DNA of 57,382 bases from a virus (Duplodnaviria; Caudoviricetes): IMG/VR virus record IMGVR_UViG_3300010384_000007, positions 1-57,382 of that record. One strand, given 5' to 3'. Under the pieces are notes generated by a model. That model saw only the letters and a program-made list of their open reading frames with translations, was not told where the DNA came from and did no database searches. The position numbers and the translations under genes are program-made. How positions within the stretch are numbered: the first letter of the stretch is position 1; every line of letters starts with the position of its first letter. Shown here piece by piece: positions 28,738 to 37,614 of this stretch.

Positions 28738-30341
28738 TGGTTGCCTCGCTGGCCTCCCCGCAGAGCGTCCTGGACGCCCTCGATACCGACCTCCGGCTCT
28801 CCGTCTGGATCGGCGGGGTGCTGACGGACGTGCTCAGCGTGTCGGGCCAGCACAGCGTCGACGCCGCCAAGGCGGTCGCCAAGGTGGTCCTTCCCCTGCC
28901 CCGTCCGGCCTGGGTGGTGCCCAACGCGACCGTCGAAATCCAGGCCGGGCACAACGACTACGTCGGCACCGTCTTCTCCGGCTACGTCCCGGAGTGGGAG
29001 GGCGCGATCTCCGAGCGGGGCCGGCTGCTCACCCTCTCGGTGGACGGCTGGGCGGGGCTGCTGGCCGAGCCAGACCGCTACGACTGGGAGATGCAGGGGC
29101 CGGTCAGTGCCCGCTCGGTCTTCGTGGCGCTCTGCGAACGCAAGGGCGTGCCCAGCTACATCGCGGAGACGGTCCTGGCGCCGGACGGGCAGACGGAGAT
29201 CATGCTGGGCGGCAACCAGCAGATCGACGACGGCAAGGTGATCTTCAAGGGTGGCAGTTCGCCGCTTGCCACGTTCAGTCGCCTGGTGGAGGCCTTCGGC
29301 TACCGGGTCTACGACACGCCGTCCGGCGCAGTCAAGCTCTCGCGCGTCTCCGGCGCACCGAACGCCGATCCGGTCGTCACGTTCCGGGACGGGGTGCATC
29401 TGCTGGACGCCTCCCGGCAGTACAGCGTGCGGGACGTGGTGACCTACTACGACGTGCAGGGGCCGACCTACGAGGATGCGTTCGGGGCGAAGGTGCCGAT
29501 CCGCTCCATCCCGACGGTGGACATTGCCGACCCGGCGGTGATCGGTGGGCATCGCTACAAGCTGGAGCGCAACAGCGACCTTGTCCGCCAGGACCTTGCC
29601 GACGCCGCCCGCAACATCCTCGAGACCGACGGCGGAGCCGACGCGCCGGTCCGCTGGAAGGCGGTGGGGACGCCCGGCCTCTCGGTGGGCGACGCGGTGG
29701 CCATCGCGGACTCGACCGACCTGGAGGCGGACGGCGTCTATTGGCTGCTCGGGATGGACTGGGCCGTCGATGACGCCTACGTCGCGACGTATCGCGGCTG
29801 GCGGGGCGGCGGGACGGCACTGCCGAGCCTGGTGGACAAGGTGACGATCCCGATCCAGACCGCGCCCACACATCTGGGCGACGAATACGTGCCCTGGTAC
29901 GCCGTGCCGTCGCCCTACGGGACGGAGCGCGTCTGGACGATCACCCTCCCAGACAAGGTGTCTGTGGCGAACGTCGTGGGGTACGCGCACGGCGCAAACA
30001 GCCAGTACGTCGATGGGGCGCCGGTCGATGACCTGGCCGTAACCAAGTGGGCGATCTGGAAGGCGGGCACCGATCGCAACGACAAGAAGAACAAGGCCGA
30101 AAGCTCCGGCACGATGCCCCCGATGGCGGAGGACTACGCGCTCCGGCGTCCGTACGGGTCGGGCCTGACCTGGTGGAGCCGCTTCGCGATCAACTTGCGC
30201 AGCGTCGAGGCGGGCAGTTACGACCTCGTGCTGACGTGCGGTGACAACGCGGGCGTCGACGATTTCGAGGTTCAGCAGGTCGCGCTGGACCTGTACGGAA
30301 CAATCGAACCGGCCGTTGTGCAAGAACGGGGGCAAGCATGA
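28737..30341 (+). CDS. Baseplate hub / Tal-like minor tail protein
   Basis: VEIQAG, VFSGYV, GYRVYDTPSG and GTPGLSVGD hub-like motifs. Confidence 0.65.
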   Translation: MVASLASPQSVLDALDTDLRLSVWIGGVLTDVLSVSGQHSVDAAKAVAKVVLPLPRPAWVVPNATVEIQAGHNDYVGTVFSGYVPEWEGAISERGRLLTLSVDGWAGLLAEPDRYDWEMQGPVSARSVFVALCERKGVPSYIAETVLAPDGQTEIMLGGNQQIDDGKVIFKGGSSPLATFSRLVEAFGYRVYDTPSGAVKLSRVSGAPNADPVVTFRDGVHLLDASRQYSVRDVVTYYDVQGPTYEDAFGAKVPIRSIPTVDIADPAVIGGHRYKLERNSDLVRQDLADAARNILETDGGADAPVRWKAVGTPGLSVGDAVAIADSTDLEADGVYWLLGMDWAVDDAYVATYRGWRGGGTALPSLVDKVTIPIQTAPTHLGDEYVPWYAVPSPYGTERVWTITLPDKVSVANVVGYAHGANSQYVDGAPVDDLAVTKWAIWKAGTDRNDKKNKAESSGTMPPMAEDYALRRPYGSGLTWWSRFAINLRSVEAGSYDLVLTCGDNAGVDDFEVQQVALDLYGTIEPAVVQERGQA

Positions 30342-30802
30342 GCAACGAAGCCCTGGCGCAGGCCATCCGCGACAGCGGTCTCCTGGACGAGCTGATGCCC
30401 GCCGACCAGTTGCGCCACAACGAGGCCATCCGGCAAGCGATCGATGAGGCAGGACGCATTATGCCAGACGCCGCCGCACCACTCCGTACGCCGCTCACGC
30501 TCGACTGGTCCACGATCGACGGCCGGGCCAAACGGACGGCGCAAGCGGGCACGCTCGTGCTGGTCTGGGCGCACGCCGTCACCGCACCGAGCTCGGGGCC
30601 GTGCGTCATCCAGTACACGATGGAGACCCGCCAGCAGGGCGCGACGCCGATGGCCACCGTCACGATCGCGCAAGGGCAGGTGATCGGCGAGACCGTCCTG
30701 GCCCAGCCCCTCCCGGCAGGGGCCTACCTCAACCCGACCGTTACCAGTGCCGGGGGCGCGTCTGCCGTCTCGACCGGCGTCGTCATCAAGGGAGGCAGCT
30801 AA
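30338..30802 (+). CDS. Minor tail protein
   Basis: Position; beta-rich composition. Confidence 0.5.
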   Translation: MSNEALAQAIRDSGLLDELMPADQLRHNEAIRQAIDEAGRIMPDAAAPLRTPLTLDWSTIDGRAKRTAQAGTLVLVWAHAVTAPSSGPCVIQYTMETRQQGATPMATVTIAQGQVIGETVLAQPLPAGAYLNPTVTSAGGASAVSTGVVIKGGS

Positions 30803-30805
30803 GCC

Positions 30806-31201
30806 ATGAGCGACAAGGTGCTCTACATCAAGCAGGGTGAGACGCTCACCGGGTGGATCAACCTCTGGCACGAGGACAACACGCTGATCGATCCACCGAC
30901 CGAAGGGCCGGGCTACACCATCGGCTGGGCACAGGTCCGAAACACGGTCTCCACGGACCCGGATAGCGTGGTGCTGCTGGAGCTCTCCACCGACAACGGG
31001 GGGATGACGCTCGGGACGATCACGGATAGCGACGGCGTCGATCACTCGGGGTCGTTCTATGCCTCCCCGGCGGCCACGGCTGCCTTGCTGCCCTGGGGGG
31101 AAGGGCTCTTTGAGATCTGGATGCGCGACGCGGGAAACACGGACGCCCAATGCCTAGCGACGATTCCGTGCGTACTTTCGCCCGCAGTGGCGGTGGAGTA
31201 G
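30806..31201 (+). CDS. Minor tail/adaptor protein
   Basis: LYIKQGET, AQVR and LELSTDNGG motifs common in tail-fibre adaptors. Confidence 0.55.
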   Translation: MSDKVLYIKQGETLTGWINLWHEDNTLIDPPTEGPGYTIGWAQVRNTVSTDPDSVVLLELSTDNGGMTLGTITDSDGVDHSGSFYASPAATAALLPWGEGLFEIWMRDAGNTDAQCLATIPCVLSPAVAVE

Positions 31202-31210
31202 GAGGGACGA

Positions 31211-31831
31211 ATGAGTATCGCCAAGGTTGAGGTCATCTTTGGAAAGACCGGGTTGCCGGGCGGGGGTGTCACTTCGGGCCAACTCGCCAGTGCCGTCGCC
31301 GACCGTGCCCCGGCCAGTGCCTCGTATATCACCAAGGTCGCGGAGTCTGGGCTCTCCGGCGAGACGGCGCTGGCCAGCCTGAGCACCGGGCTGCTCAAGG
31401 TGACGACCGGCACCGGGGCGCTCTCCACAGCGACCGGCAGCGACCTGCCGAGCCACACCCATACCGGCGTGGCCGCAGGGGCGGGCTATCTCATCGACGG
31501 CGGCGGCGCGACGATCACGACCGGCGTCAAGGGCGACCTGCCGCCCATGCCGTTCGCCGGGAGCATCACCGGCTACGCGATCCTGGCGGACCAGAGCGGG
31601 AGCCTGACCGTCCAGCTCTGGAAGGACACGATGGCGAACTACCCGCCGGTGGTGGGCGACCTCGTGCTGACGATGACGCTGACCTCTAACACGCGCGTCC
31701 CGACCTCCGGCGCCTACACGGCCGTGACCGCGATCCCGTTCGCCGTCGGCGACGTGCTCCGCGTCAACGTCAGCAGCGCCACGACCGTGCAGCGCGCCAC
31801 CATCGGCCTGCTGCTCACGAGGGACATCTAG
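31211..31831 (+). CDS. Tail fibre-like protein
   Basis: DLPSHTH and IDGGGATITTGVKG...ILADQSGS motifs. Confidence 0.6.
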   Translation: MSIAKVEVIFGKTGLPGGGVTSGQLASAVADRAPASASYITKVAESGLSGETALASLSTGLLKVTTGTGALSTATGSDLPSHTHTGVAAGAGYLIDGGGATITTGVKGDLPPMPFAGSITGYAILADQSGSLTVQLWKDTMANYPPVVGDLVLTMTLTSNTRVPTSGAYTAVTAIPFAVGDVLRVNVSSATTVQRATIGLLLTRDI

Positions 31832-31832
31832 C

Positions 31833-32438
31833 ATGGCCCAGTTCGTCCGCGACAGCTTCACGGGATCGGGATATGCCAATCTCGACATTGGCCGCAATGC
31901 CGATGTGGGCGGCAAGTGGGACCGCAACCCGGACACGCCGGACACCCGCTGGTACCTGTTCGACAACCGGGTCCATTGCGGCGTCGCCGGGGCGGTCTAC
32001 AACAACGGCATCCCGCAGAGTGCCGACTACTACGTGGAGTGCGACTACACGATCTATTCCGACATCCTCGGGGCGGGCATCACGGTCCGCCAGAGCACGA
32101 GCAACCTCACCGCCTACGTCACCCGCTACGAGTACGGGCAGTACATCCTCGCCAAGTTCGTCGCGGGCTCCTATGCGCAGATCGGCTCGTGGGCCGTCTC
32201 GCACTCGGGGCAGCACAAGCTCCGGCTCACGGCGACCGGCACGACCATCAAGGTCGACGTGGACGGGGTGACGCGGATCAGCGTCACGGACAGCAGCATC
32301 ACGGCGGCGGGCAAGGCGGGGATGGCCAGCGCCGGGGCCAATGATGTGGGGAGCGGCAAGCACATCGACAACTTCGTGGCCGTGGACGGGGCGGCCGCCA
32401 GCGCAGCGCGGAGTTATGTCCTCGGGATTATTGGATAG
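31833..32438 (+). CDS. Beta-sandwich (lectin-like) putative receptor-binding protein
   Basis: SADYYVE, GTTIKVDVDGV and SVTDSSITAAGKAG segments. Confidence 0.55.
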   Translation: MAQFVRDSFTGSGYANLDIGRNADVGGKWDRNPDTPDTRWYLFDNRVHCGVAGAVYNNGIPQSADYYVECDYTIYSDILGAGITVRQSTSNLTAYVTRYEYGQYILAKFVAGSYAQIGSWAVSHSGQHKLRLTATGTTIKVDVDGVTRISVTDSSITAAGKAGMASAGANDVGSGKHIDNFVAVDGAAASAARSYVLGIIG

Positions 32439-32565
32439 AGCCCAGAAGGGCCACGTTGTCAGCGTCTCGTCAGTCCCTCCGGCCAGCGAGCGCCAGCAAC
32501 CCACAGAGCCGGAGCGCAGCAAGGATGGACTATGGCGACACGCACCACAGCAGCAGGGGGACGTG

Positions 32566-32865
32566 ATGGACCCCGCCCTCGTGTATTCCGCCCTTACCGC
32601 AGCGGTGATCACGCTCTTTGGGGTGATGGTCAAGGAGCGGGCGGACCGGCTCGCCGAGAAGGATGCCCGGATCGCGGAGAAGGACGAGCAGATCGCGGAG
32701 CTCAAGGACGAGAACGACTCCTTGCGAAAGCGAACCGATACCTTCGACGACATCCTCTCCCGCAACACCGACGCCCTCAGCCAGTCCGCCGAGTCGATGA
32801 CGCAACTGGTGTCCGCGATCCAGCAGGGCAAGATCAGCGTCTCCACGAGCGAGACGCCGCGATGA
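32566..32865 (+). CDS. Membrane-anchored coiled-coil protein (lysis cassette)
   Basis: N-terminal TM followed by a coiled coil. Confidence 0.6.
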   Translation: MDPALVYSALTAAVITLFGVMVKERADRLAEKDARIAEKDEQIAELKDENDSLRKRTDTFDDILSRNTDALSQSAESMTQLVSAIQQGKISVSTSETPR

Positions 32866-32952
32866 GGCAGCAGTCGATCGATGTCGCCGAACGGATGCGC
32901 CGCAATGCGGACGATCTGATGGCCCTGCTGGCCGATCTGGATGGAGGCCGCC

Positions 32953-33303
32953 ATGACCATCAATGAGGCGATTGCCTACGCGAACGTCGCCCTCGCCGTT
33001 GGGCTGCTTGCCCTCGGCACCCTGCTCTGCTGGCAGGCCGCGACGCGCCGGAGCTTCTGGTCCTGGCCGCCATCGGCGCTGGTGGCCCTCGGGCTGGGGT
33101 TCCTGCTGCCAGGGCTCGTCTCGCTCCAGCAGGTCTTCTTCCGGGTAGGCGATCTTCCCTCCCCGCTCGACCGCAACGAGTGGGGGACGCTGGCCTTCCG
33201 GGTCCTGGTTGCCGCCTACGTGCTCGGGCTCCTGATGCGCGTCTGGCGGGGCAAGCTGCTCACCGGCCGGGACCGGCGCCGGATTGCAGAGGGGTCAGGA
33301 TGA
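32953..33303 (+). CDS. 3-TM membrane protein
   Basis: Three hydrophobic segments; GGAGG RBS. Confidence 0.65.
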   Translation: MTINEAIAYANVALAVGLLALGTLLCWQAATRRSFWSWPPSALVALGLGFLLPGLVSLQQVFFRVGDLPSPLDRNEWGTLAFRVLVAAYVLGLLMRVWRGKLLTGRDRRRIAEGSG

Positions 33304-33482
33304 CCAGCCGGGACGAGCGACGCCGGGCACGCGATCCGGTCTGGTGGCAGATGGTCCGGGCGCGACTGGCCCGGATCAAGGTAGCGATGGCCATCCAGCG
33401 GGTCAACGCCCTGATGGAGACGTCGCCCAACCTGATCGAGCGGGAGATGCTCGATCAGCGGAGACGGAAGGAGGACCAATGA
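33300..33482 (+). CDS. Small hypothetical protein
   Basis: ATGA coupling on both sides. Confidence 0.5.
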   Translation: MTSRDERRRARDPVWWQMVRARLARIKVAMAIQRVNALMETSPNLIEREMLDQRRRKEDQ

Positions 33483-33835
33483 CCGAGCAGACCATTCTCA
33501 CCATAGCGCTCACCGCTGGGGCGCTGGGGTTCGCCGCCAAGGGAGTCGCCACGACGGCGTTGTGGTGGCTGATGCGCAAGGCGGACGACGCGACGGCGCT
33601 CGGCCCGGCGCTCAAGCGCCAGCAGGGCGCGCTGGCCGTCCAGGCGTTCGTCGTCGCGGCGGTCTTCGGCTACTTCGCCTCAGCGATCGGCGGCAACGGG
33701 GCGTGGGTGCCCGCGCCGGTGCGGAGCGTCTGCTACGTCGTGATGGCCGGGCTGGTGATCTGGGCGGCCATCCAGTGCGTGCGGGTGGTCTTCGCGTATT
33801 TCGATGGACTGGGCGGCACGGACGGGCTGTCATAA
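33479..33835 (+). CDS. 3-TM membrane protein (holin candidate)
   Basis: AGGAGG RBS; hydrophobic segments; precedes the endolysin. Confidence 0.6.
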   Translation: MTEQTILTIALTAGALGFAAKGVATTALWWLMRKADDATALGPALKRQQGALAVQAFVVAAVFGYFASAIGGNGAWVPAPVRSVCYVVMAGLVIWAAIQCVRVVFAYFDGLGGTDGLS

Positions 33836-33851
33836 GGAGCGCCGAAGCGCG

Positions 33852-35411
33852 ATGAGCTACACAACCAGCACCACCATCAAAGGACCGAGCCGGGGCGACC
33901 CGGACGTCATCCACCAATGGGCGAAGGCAAAAGGGTGTGCCCGCCCGGACGACGTGAAGCGCTACCTCGACACCCTCTCCAAGCTCTGCCGGTCCGCCGG
34001 GATGCGTTTCGAGGTCCTGGTGGCCCAGGCGATCCACGAGGCGACGGAAGACGGGATCCCGTGGAACTCGTACTGGTGGAAGGAGCGCTGTAACTGCATC
34101 GGCATGGGAATCACCGGAGACCCGGCCCAGAATGCCGCGAGCGTGGACTTTCGGACCGGCGACCGGGTTGCGAGGGCGCACGCTGCCCACGCTTGGCTGT
34201 ACTCGGTAGGCACGTCACTCCCAACTGGCCTGAGCAAGCAGGACGATCCGCGTTGGGATGCGGCCATCGAGGCCGGGTACGCGGGCATCGCCCCCACGAT
34301 GGCTGGGTACACCAACCGGTACGGGATCGACGCTGGATACGCCGACAAGTGGGTTGCCCGGCTCAATGCGCTGGACGCCGCCGGTCTGCTCACCGCCCCA
34401 TCCACCACGACCACCCCGGCGCCCAAGCCGGCAGGAGACACACCCGTGCCTACTACCACTCCGACCTCCTACGCTCCGGCGAAGGTCAAGCAATACCTGA
34501 AGGACGCGATCGGCAAGAACCTCGTCGTCCGCAATGCCGACGGCGTCTTCTTCCTCGTCAACGCCGATGTCGTCGCCGTACGGACCACGCCACGACTCCA
34601 GGAGCCGAGCGACACAGCGCTCCGGATCGGCGGGGATCTCAACGCCGGGGAGCCCGCCCATGCTGACTGGGCGTGGGTCGATGCTGCTGGCAAGCTCTGG
34701 CTCTACTCCAACTGGAACACCGTCTTCAAGGGCGAGGATTTCGCGCCGAAGGGTGCGCCGATCGTCCTGCCCGATCCGGAGCCGACCCCGACGCCGGACA
34801 AGCCGATCGACCTCTCCAAGATCACGGCGGCGACGTACAAGCTGGTCGATGATCCGGCCGTCTTGCTCCCTTCGAACCTCGAGTGGATCGGCACCAGCAA
34901 CTTCTTCGCCAATCGCTCGGGCGCCGGTGACCCGCTGGCGATCATCTACCACTGCACGGACGACCTCGTGCTGAGCAACACGATCTCGTGGTTCCAGGAC
35001 GGGAGCTCCAACGCGAGTTCGCACTTCGTCATTGCGCGCGATGGCAAGGTCTACCAGTTCGTCAGCTCCAAGGACGGGGCGTGGACCAACGGCGACTACA
35101 ACCAGTATCGCACCGACATCCCGTGGCTGGTGGAGACGATCCGATCGGGCGTCAACGTCAACAACCGCACGATCTCGTATGAGTTCGTGGCGACCCCGAG
35201 CACGCCGCCGACCGAGGCGCAGTATGTCAGCGCGATCGCGCTCTCCCGCTATTTCTGTCATCCGAAGGTCTACGGGATCGCGACGGATCGGGGTCATCAG
35301 ATGCGCCACGCGGACATCAACAGCGTGAGCCGCTCCTACTGCCCCGGCCCAAACTTCGACCTTGAGCGGATTATCAAGGAGCTTGGCGGCGATCCGACCA
35401 AGATGGCCTAA
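33852..35411 (+). CDS. Endolysin: glucosaminidase/lysozyme-like N-terminal domain plus C-terminal amidase_2
   Basis: VAQAIHE in the N-domain; IIYHCT, SSHFVI, AWTNG, ISYE, RHADI and CPG amidase motifs. Confidence 0.88.
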   Translation: MSYTTSTTIKGPSRGDPDVIHQWAKAKGCARPDDVKRYLDTLSKLCRSAGMRFEVLVAQAIHEATEDGIPWNSYWWKERCNCIGMGITGDPAQNAASVDFRTGDRVARAHAAHAWLYSVGTSLPTGLSKQDDPRWDAAIEAGYAGIAPTMAGYTNRYGIDAGYADKWVARLNALDAAGLLTAPSTTTTPAPKPAGDTPVPTTTPTSYAPAKVKQYLKDAIGKNLVVRNADGVFFLVNADVVAVRTTPRLQEPSDTALRIGGDLNAGEPAHADWAWVDAAGKLWLYSNWNTVFKGEDFAPKGAPIVLPDPEPTPTPDKPIDLSKITAATYKLVDDPAVLLPSNLEWIGTSNFFANRSGAGDPLAIIYHCTDDLVLSNTISWFQDGSSNASSHFVIARDGKVYQFVSSKDGAWTNGDYNQYRTDIPWLVETIRSGVNVNNRTISYEFVATPSTPPTEAQYVSAIALSRYFCHPKVYGIATDRGHQMRHADINSVSRSYCPGPNFDLERIIKELGGDPTKMA

Positions 35412-35470
35412 CCCCACCGGGCGGCAGGAGACAGCCGTTGCCGCCCACGCTGAACATAAGGAGCACCACC

Positions 35471-35809
35471 GTGGCCCAGCAGACCCCGAACGTCCCCGTC
35501 CCGGCTAACACCGATCTCGCGTACGAGCCCGCCCTGACTATCGGCGAGCTCTTTGCGAACAAGGCGACCCTGAAGGCGCTGATCGTGGCCGTCGTCGGCG
35601 CCCTCGTGGCGATCGGCGTCAACGTCCCGGATGGCCTCGCCGACAACGTCGTGACCATCCTCAACATCGTCGTGCCGATCGTCGTGGCTCTCTACGGCGG
35701 AGCTCAGCTGCGCGCCCAGGCCAAGGCCCAGGCGGCGAAGACCCGGGAGGCCGTCTACGCCCCGGCGACCGTCAAGCAGCTGGTGGACGAGGCCGCAACC
35801 AACGCCTAA
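35471..35809 (+). CDS. Holin-like 2-TM protein
   Basis: AAGGAG plus GTG; two TM segments; follows the endolysin. Confidence 0.7.
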   Translation: MAQQTPNVPVPANTDLAYEPALTIGELFANKATLKALIVAVVGALVAIGVNVPDGLADNVVTILNIVVPIVVALYGGAQLRAQAKAQAAKTREAVYAPATVKQLVDEAATNA

Positions 35810-35835
35810 ACCGCAAGATCGGAGAAGACGAGAAT

Positions 35836-35859
35836 GCCCCGGCTTGCTACGGCCGGGGC
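35836..35859. terminator. Hairpin between convergent genes
   Basis: GCCCCGGC-N8-GCCGGGGC. Confidence 0.6.
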
Positions 35860-35890
35860 GTCATCTCTTCCAACGAGGACGACGTAAGGG

Positions 35891-36127
35891 CTACTCGTCA
35901 CGCGCCCTGGCAATGGCTGCCCGCAGCTTGGCCCTCATCTTGTCATCAAAGATGGGCGGACCAGGGCAGTCCACGGCGGAAGCCGGTCGGGGCGGTAGTG
36001 GCTTTGGGAGACTCTCCGCAAGATCGTAGTGGGGGACAGGGTGTGACGTGTGCCACGGCTCGGAGAACCAATCTTCGTCCCCGCCGCCGATCATGGTATG
36101 GCCGTCAATGGTGATGTCACCGCGCAT
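35891..36127 (-). CDS. Hypothetical protein
   Basis: GGAGG upstream and a minus-strand TATACT at 36194-36199. Confidence 0.5.
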   Translation of the reverse strand: MRGDITIDGHTMIGGGDEDWFSEPWHTSHPVPHYDLAESLPKPLPPRPASAVDCPGPPIFDDKMRAKLRAAIARARDE

Positions 36128-36199
36128 CCCTAAGCCCTCCCGTCGCCTGGACGTCGCCCCGTCGGTGGCATCCAGGCGCGTGTGCGTGTCCTGAGTATA

Positions 36200-36307
36200 G
36201 CGGACAGCTTCCGTCCTACCATGCTGTTTCGATCCCCGAAAAGGCGGACATATTCCGTCCTACTATGCTAGAATACCCGTAACGTCTGTTACGTAACAAG
36301 CGTTACG
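36200..36307. promoter_or_regulatory. Promoter/operator region of the cas operon
   Basis: 26-bp direct repeats at 36200-36225 and 36244-36269 (23/26 identical), TGcTAGAAT at 36266-36274, and two CGTAAC-N4-GTTACG palindromes at 36278-36293 and 36292-36307. Confidence 0.7.
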
Positions 36308-36316
36308 AGGTCGCCT

Positions 36317-37075
36317 GTGCCGCCACTCTCCGCCACCCGATTCGTCGCCGACTGCCTTGGCCTCTTGCCGTTCCCGGCCTCCGAGGGCGGGCCGAAGATG
36401 AGTGAGGCCTCCGGCGAGCGGTGCTACGTCTGCGGCCTGCCGGACGATAAGCCGGGGTGGGACCGGCGAACGATGCTCGGGGATACGTGGACCAATGGCC
36501 ACAAGGTCAAGGCCCCCGAGTCCGTGATGATCTGCCAGGCGTGTGCGGCGACGCTGCGCGGGGAGTCGTGGGCGGTGTACGCCGAACGCAGGGCCGATCT
36601 CGGGCTCAAGGCGAAGCACCCGATCTCGTGGAAGAGCTACCCGCACGCGATCTGGACGGGCACGCACCTCATCCCACGCGGAGAGGCGTGGCGCGACCTG
36701 TTGCTCAACCCTCCCGAGCCACCCTTCCTCTTCGCGATCCCGACCAGCGCGCAGAAGCACATCCTCTTCCTCGCGGCGGTCGCGACCTCCCGTGACCGGT
36801 ACCCCGTGCAGGTCGAGGAGGACACGGTCTGGGTGGACCGCGAGGCGTTTGCGCAATGCCTGGCAGCTGCCGAGGTGCTGTTGCTCCTCGGGTTCAGCCG
36901 GGACCAGGTCGAGACAGGACGCTATCACCAGGAGTCCATTCGCCGGGCAGGGTTGCGTGCCTTCCGCGATGCCGAGGCGGCGTTCGCGCCGTGGCGGATT
37001 GCCCAGCCAGCATGGGCTCGCCTCGCGGTGATGGTCGGCCATCGTCCGGAAAAGCGGACAAAGGAGGACACATGA
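36317..37075 (+). CDS. csf1: Type IV CRISPR-associated Csf1 (Cas8-like)
   Basis: CYVC...ICQAC zinc finger, LLNPPEPPF and QKHILF motifs; first gene of the operon. Confidence 0.82.
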   Translation: MPPLSATRFVADCLGLLPFPASEGGPKMSEASGERCYVCGLPDDKPGWDRRTMLGDTWTNGHKVKAPESVMICQACAATLRGESWAVYAERRADLGLKAKHPISWKSYPHAIWTGTHLIPRGEAWRDLLLNPPEPPFLFAIPTSAQKHILFLAAVATSRDRYPVQVEEDTVWVDREAFAQCLAAAEVLLLLGFSRDQVETGRYHQESIRRAGLRAFRDAEAAFAPWRIAQPAWARLAVMVGHRPEKRTKEDT

Positions 37076-37614
37076 TCGATACCGATATTGGCATATTCGG
37101 CTTCGAAACCGACGACCAGGACGAGGCGATCGCCGCACTGCTGATCTATGCGGTCTATCGCAGCCGCGATATCCGCAAGTTCAAGGTCACGCCCGATATG
37201 TGGGGGTTGATCTGCCGGGAGGCGAAGAGTGCTGCCAAGCGGTCACGAACCCTCGGGGAATGGGTTGAAGATTTCAAGAAGCCGCCTATTCATTGTTCGA
37301 CGATCTCTCCGAAGTGGATAGCAGTCGGAATAGCTGGAGAGATCGTCCTGACGCCGATACAAGGCGGCGGATTCATACAACTTGCCGATCGGGGCGAGCG
37401 ACAAGAGTTGCTCCCCGCAATCCTCCGCCGGACCGACCACAAAAAGGTCATCCGCAAGTTGTACCGGGAAACGGAAATGATGGTCGAGCTTGCTCGGGGG
37501 CGAACGATTCGCGAGAAGCCGATAGAGGCGCGGTTCGGCCGGGAGATCGAAGCGGACGACCTGCCCGATGATGTGCTGGACCTGGAGGAGGTAGGACGAT
37601 GGATGCGCGCCTGA
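37072..37614 (+). CDS. Type IV-B small subunit (Cas11-like)
   Basis: AAGGAGG RBS; helical 180-aa protein between csf1 and csf2, the usual cas11 slot; call mainly by synteny. Confidence 0.62.
   Translation: MIDTDIGIFGFETDDQDEAIAALLIYAVYRSRDIRKFKVTPDMWGLICREAKSAAKRSRTLGEWVEDFKKPPIHCSTISPKWIAVGIAGEIVLTPIQGGGFIQLADRGERQELLPAILRRTDHKKVIRKLYRETEMMVELARGRTIREKPIEARFGREIEADDLPDDVLDLEEVGRWMRA

Noticed and set aside
36200-36269. Bona fide CRISPR array for the type IV operon
   Set aside because: Only two imperfect copies with an 18-bp gap, overlapping promoter elements; kept only as a tentative finding.
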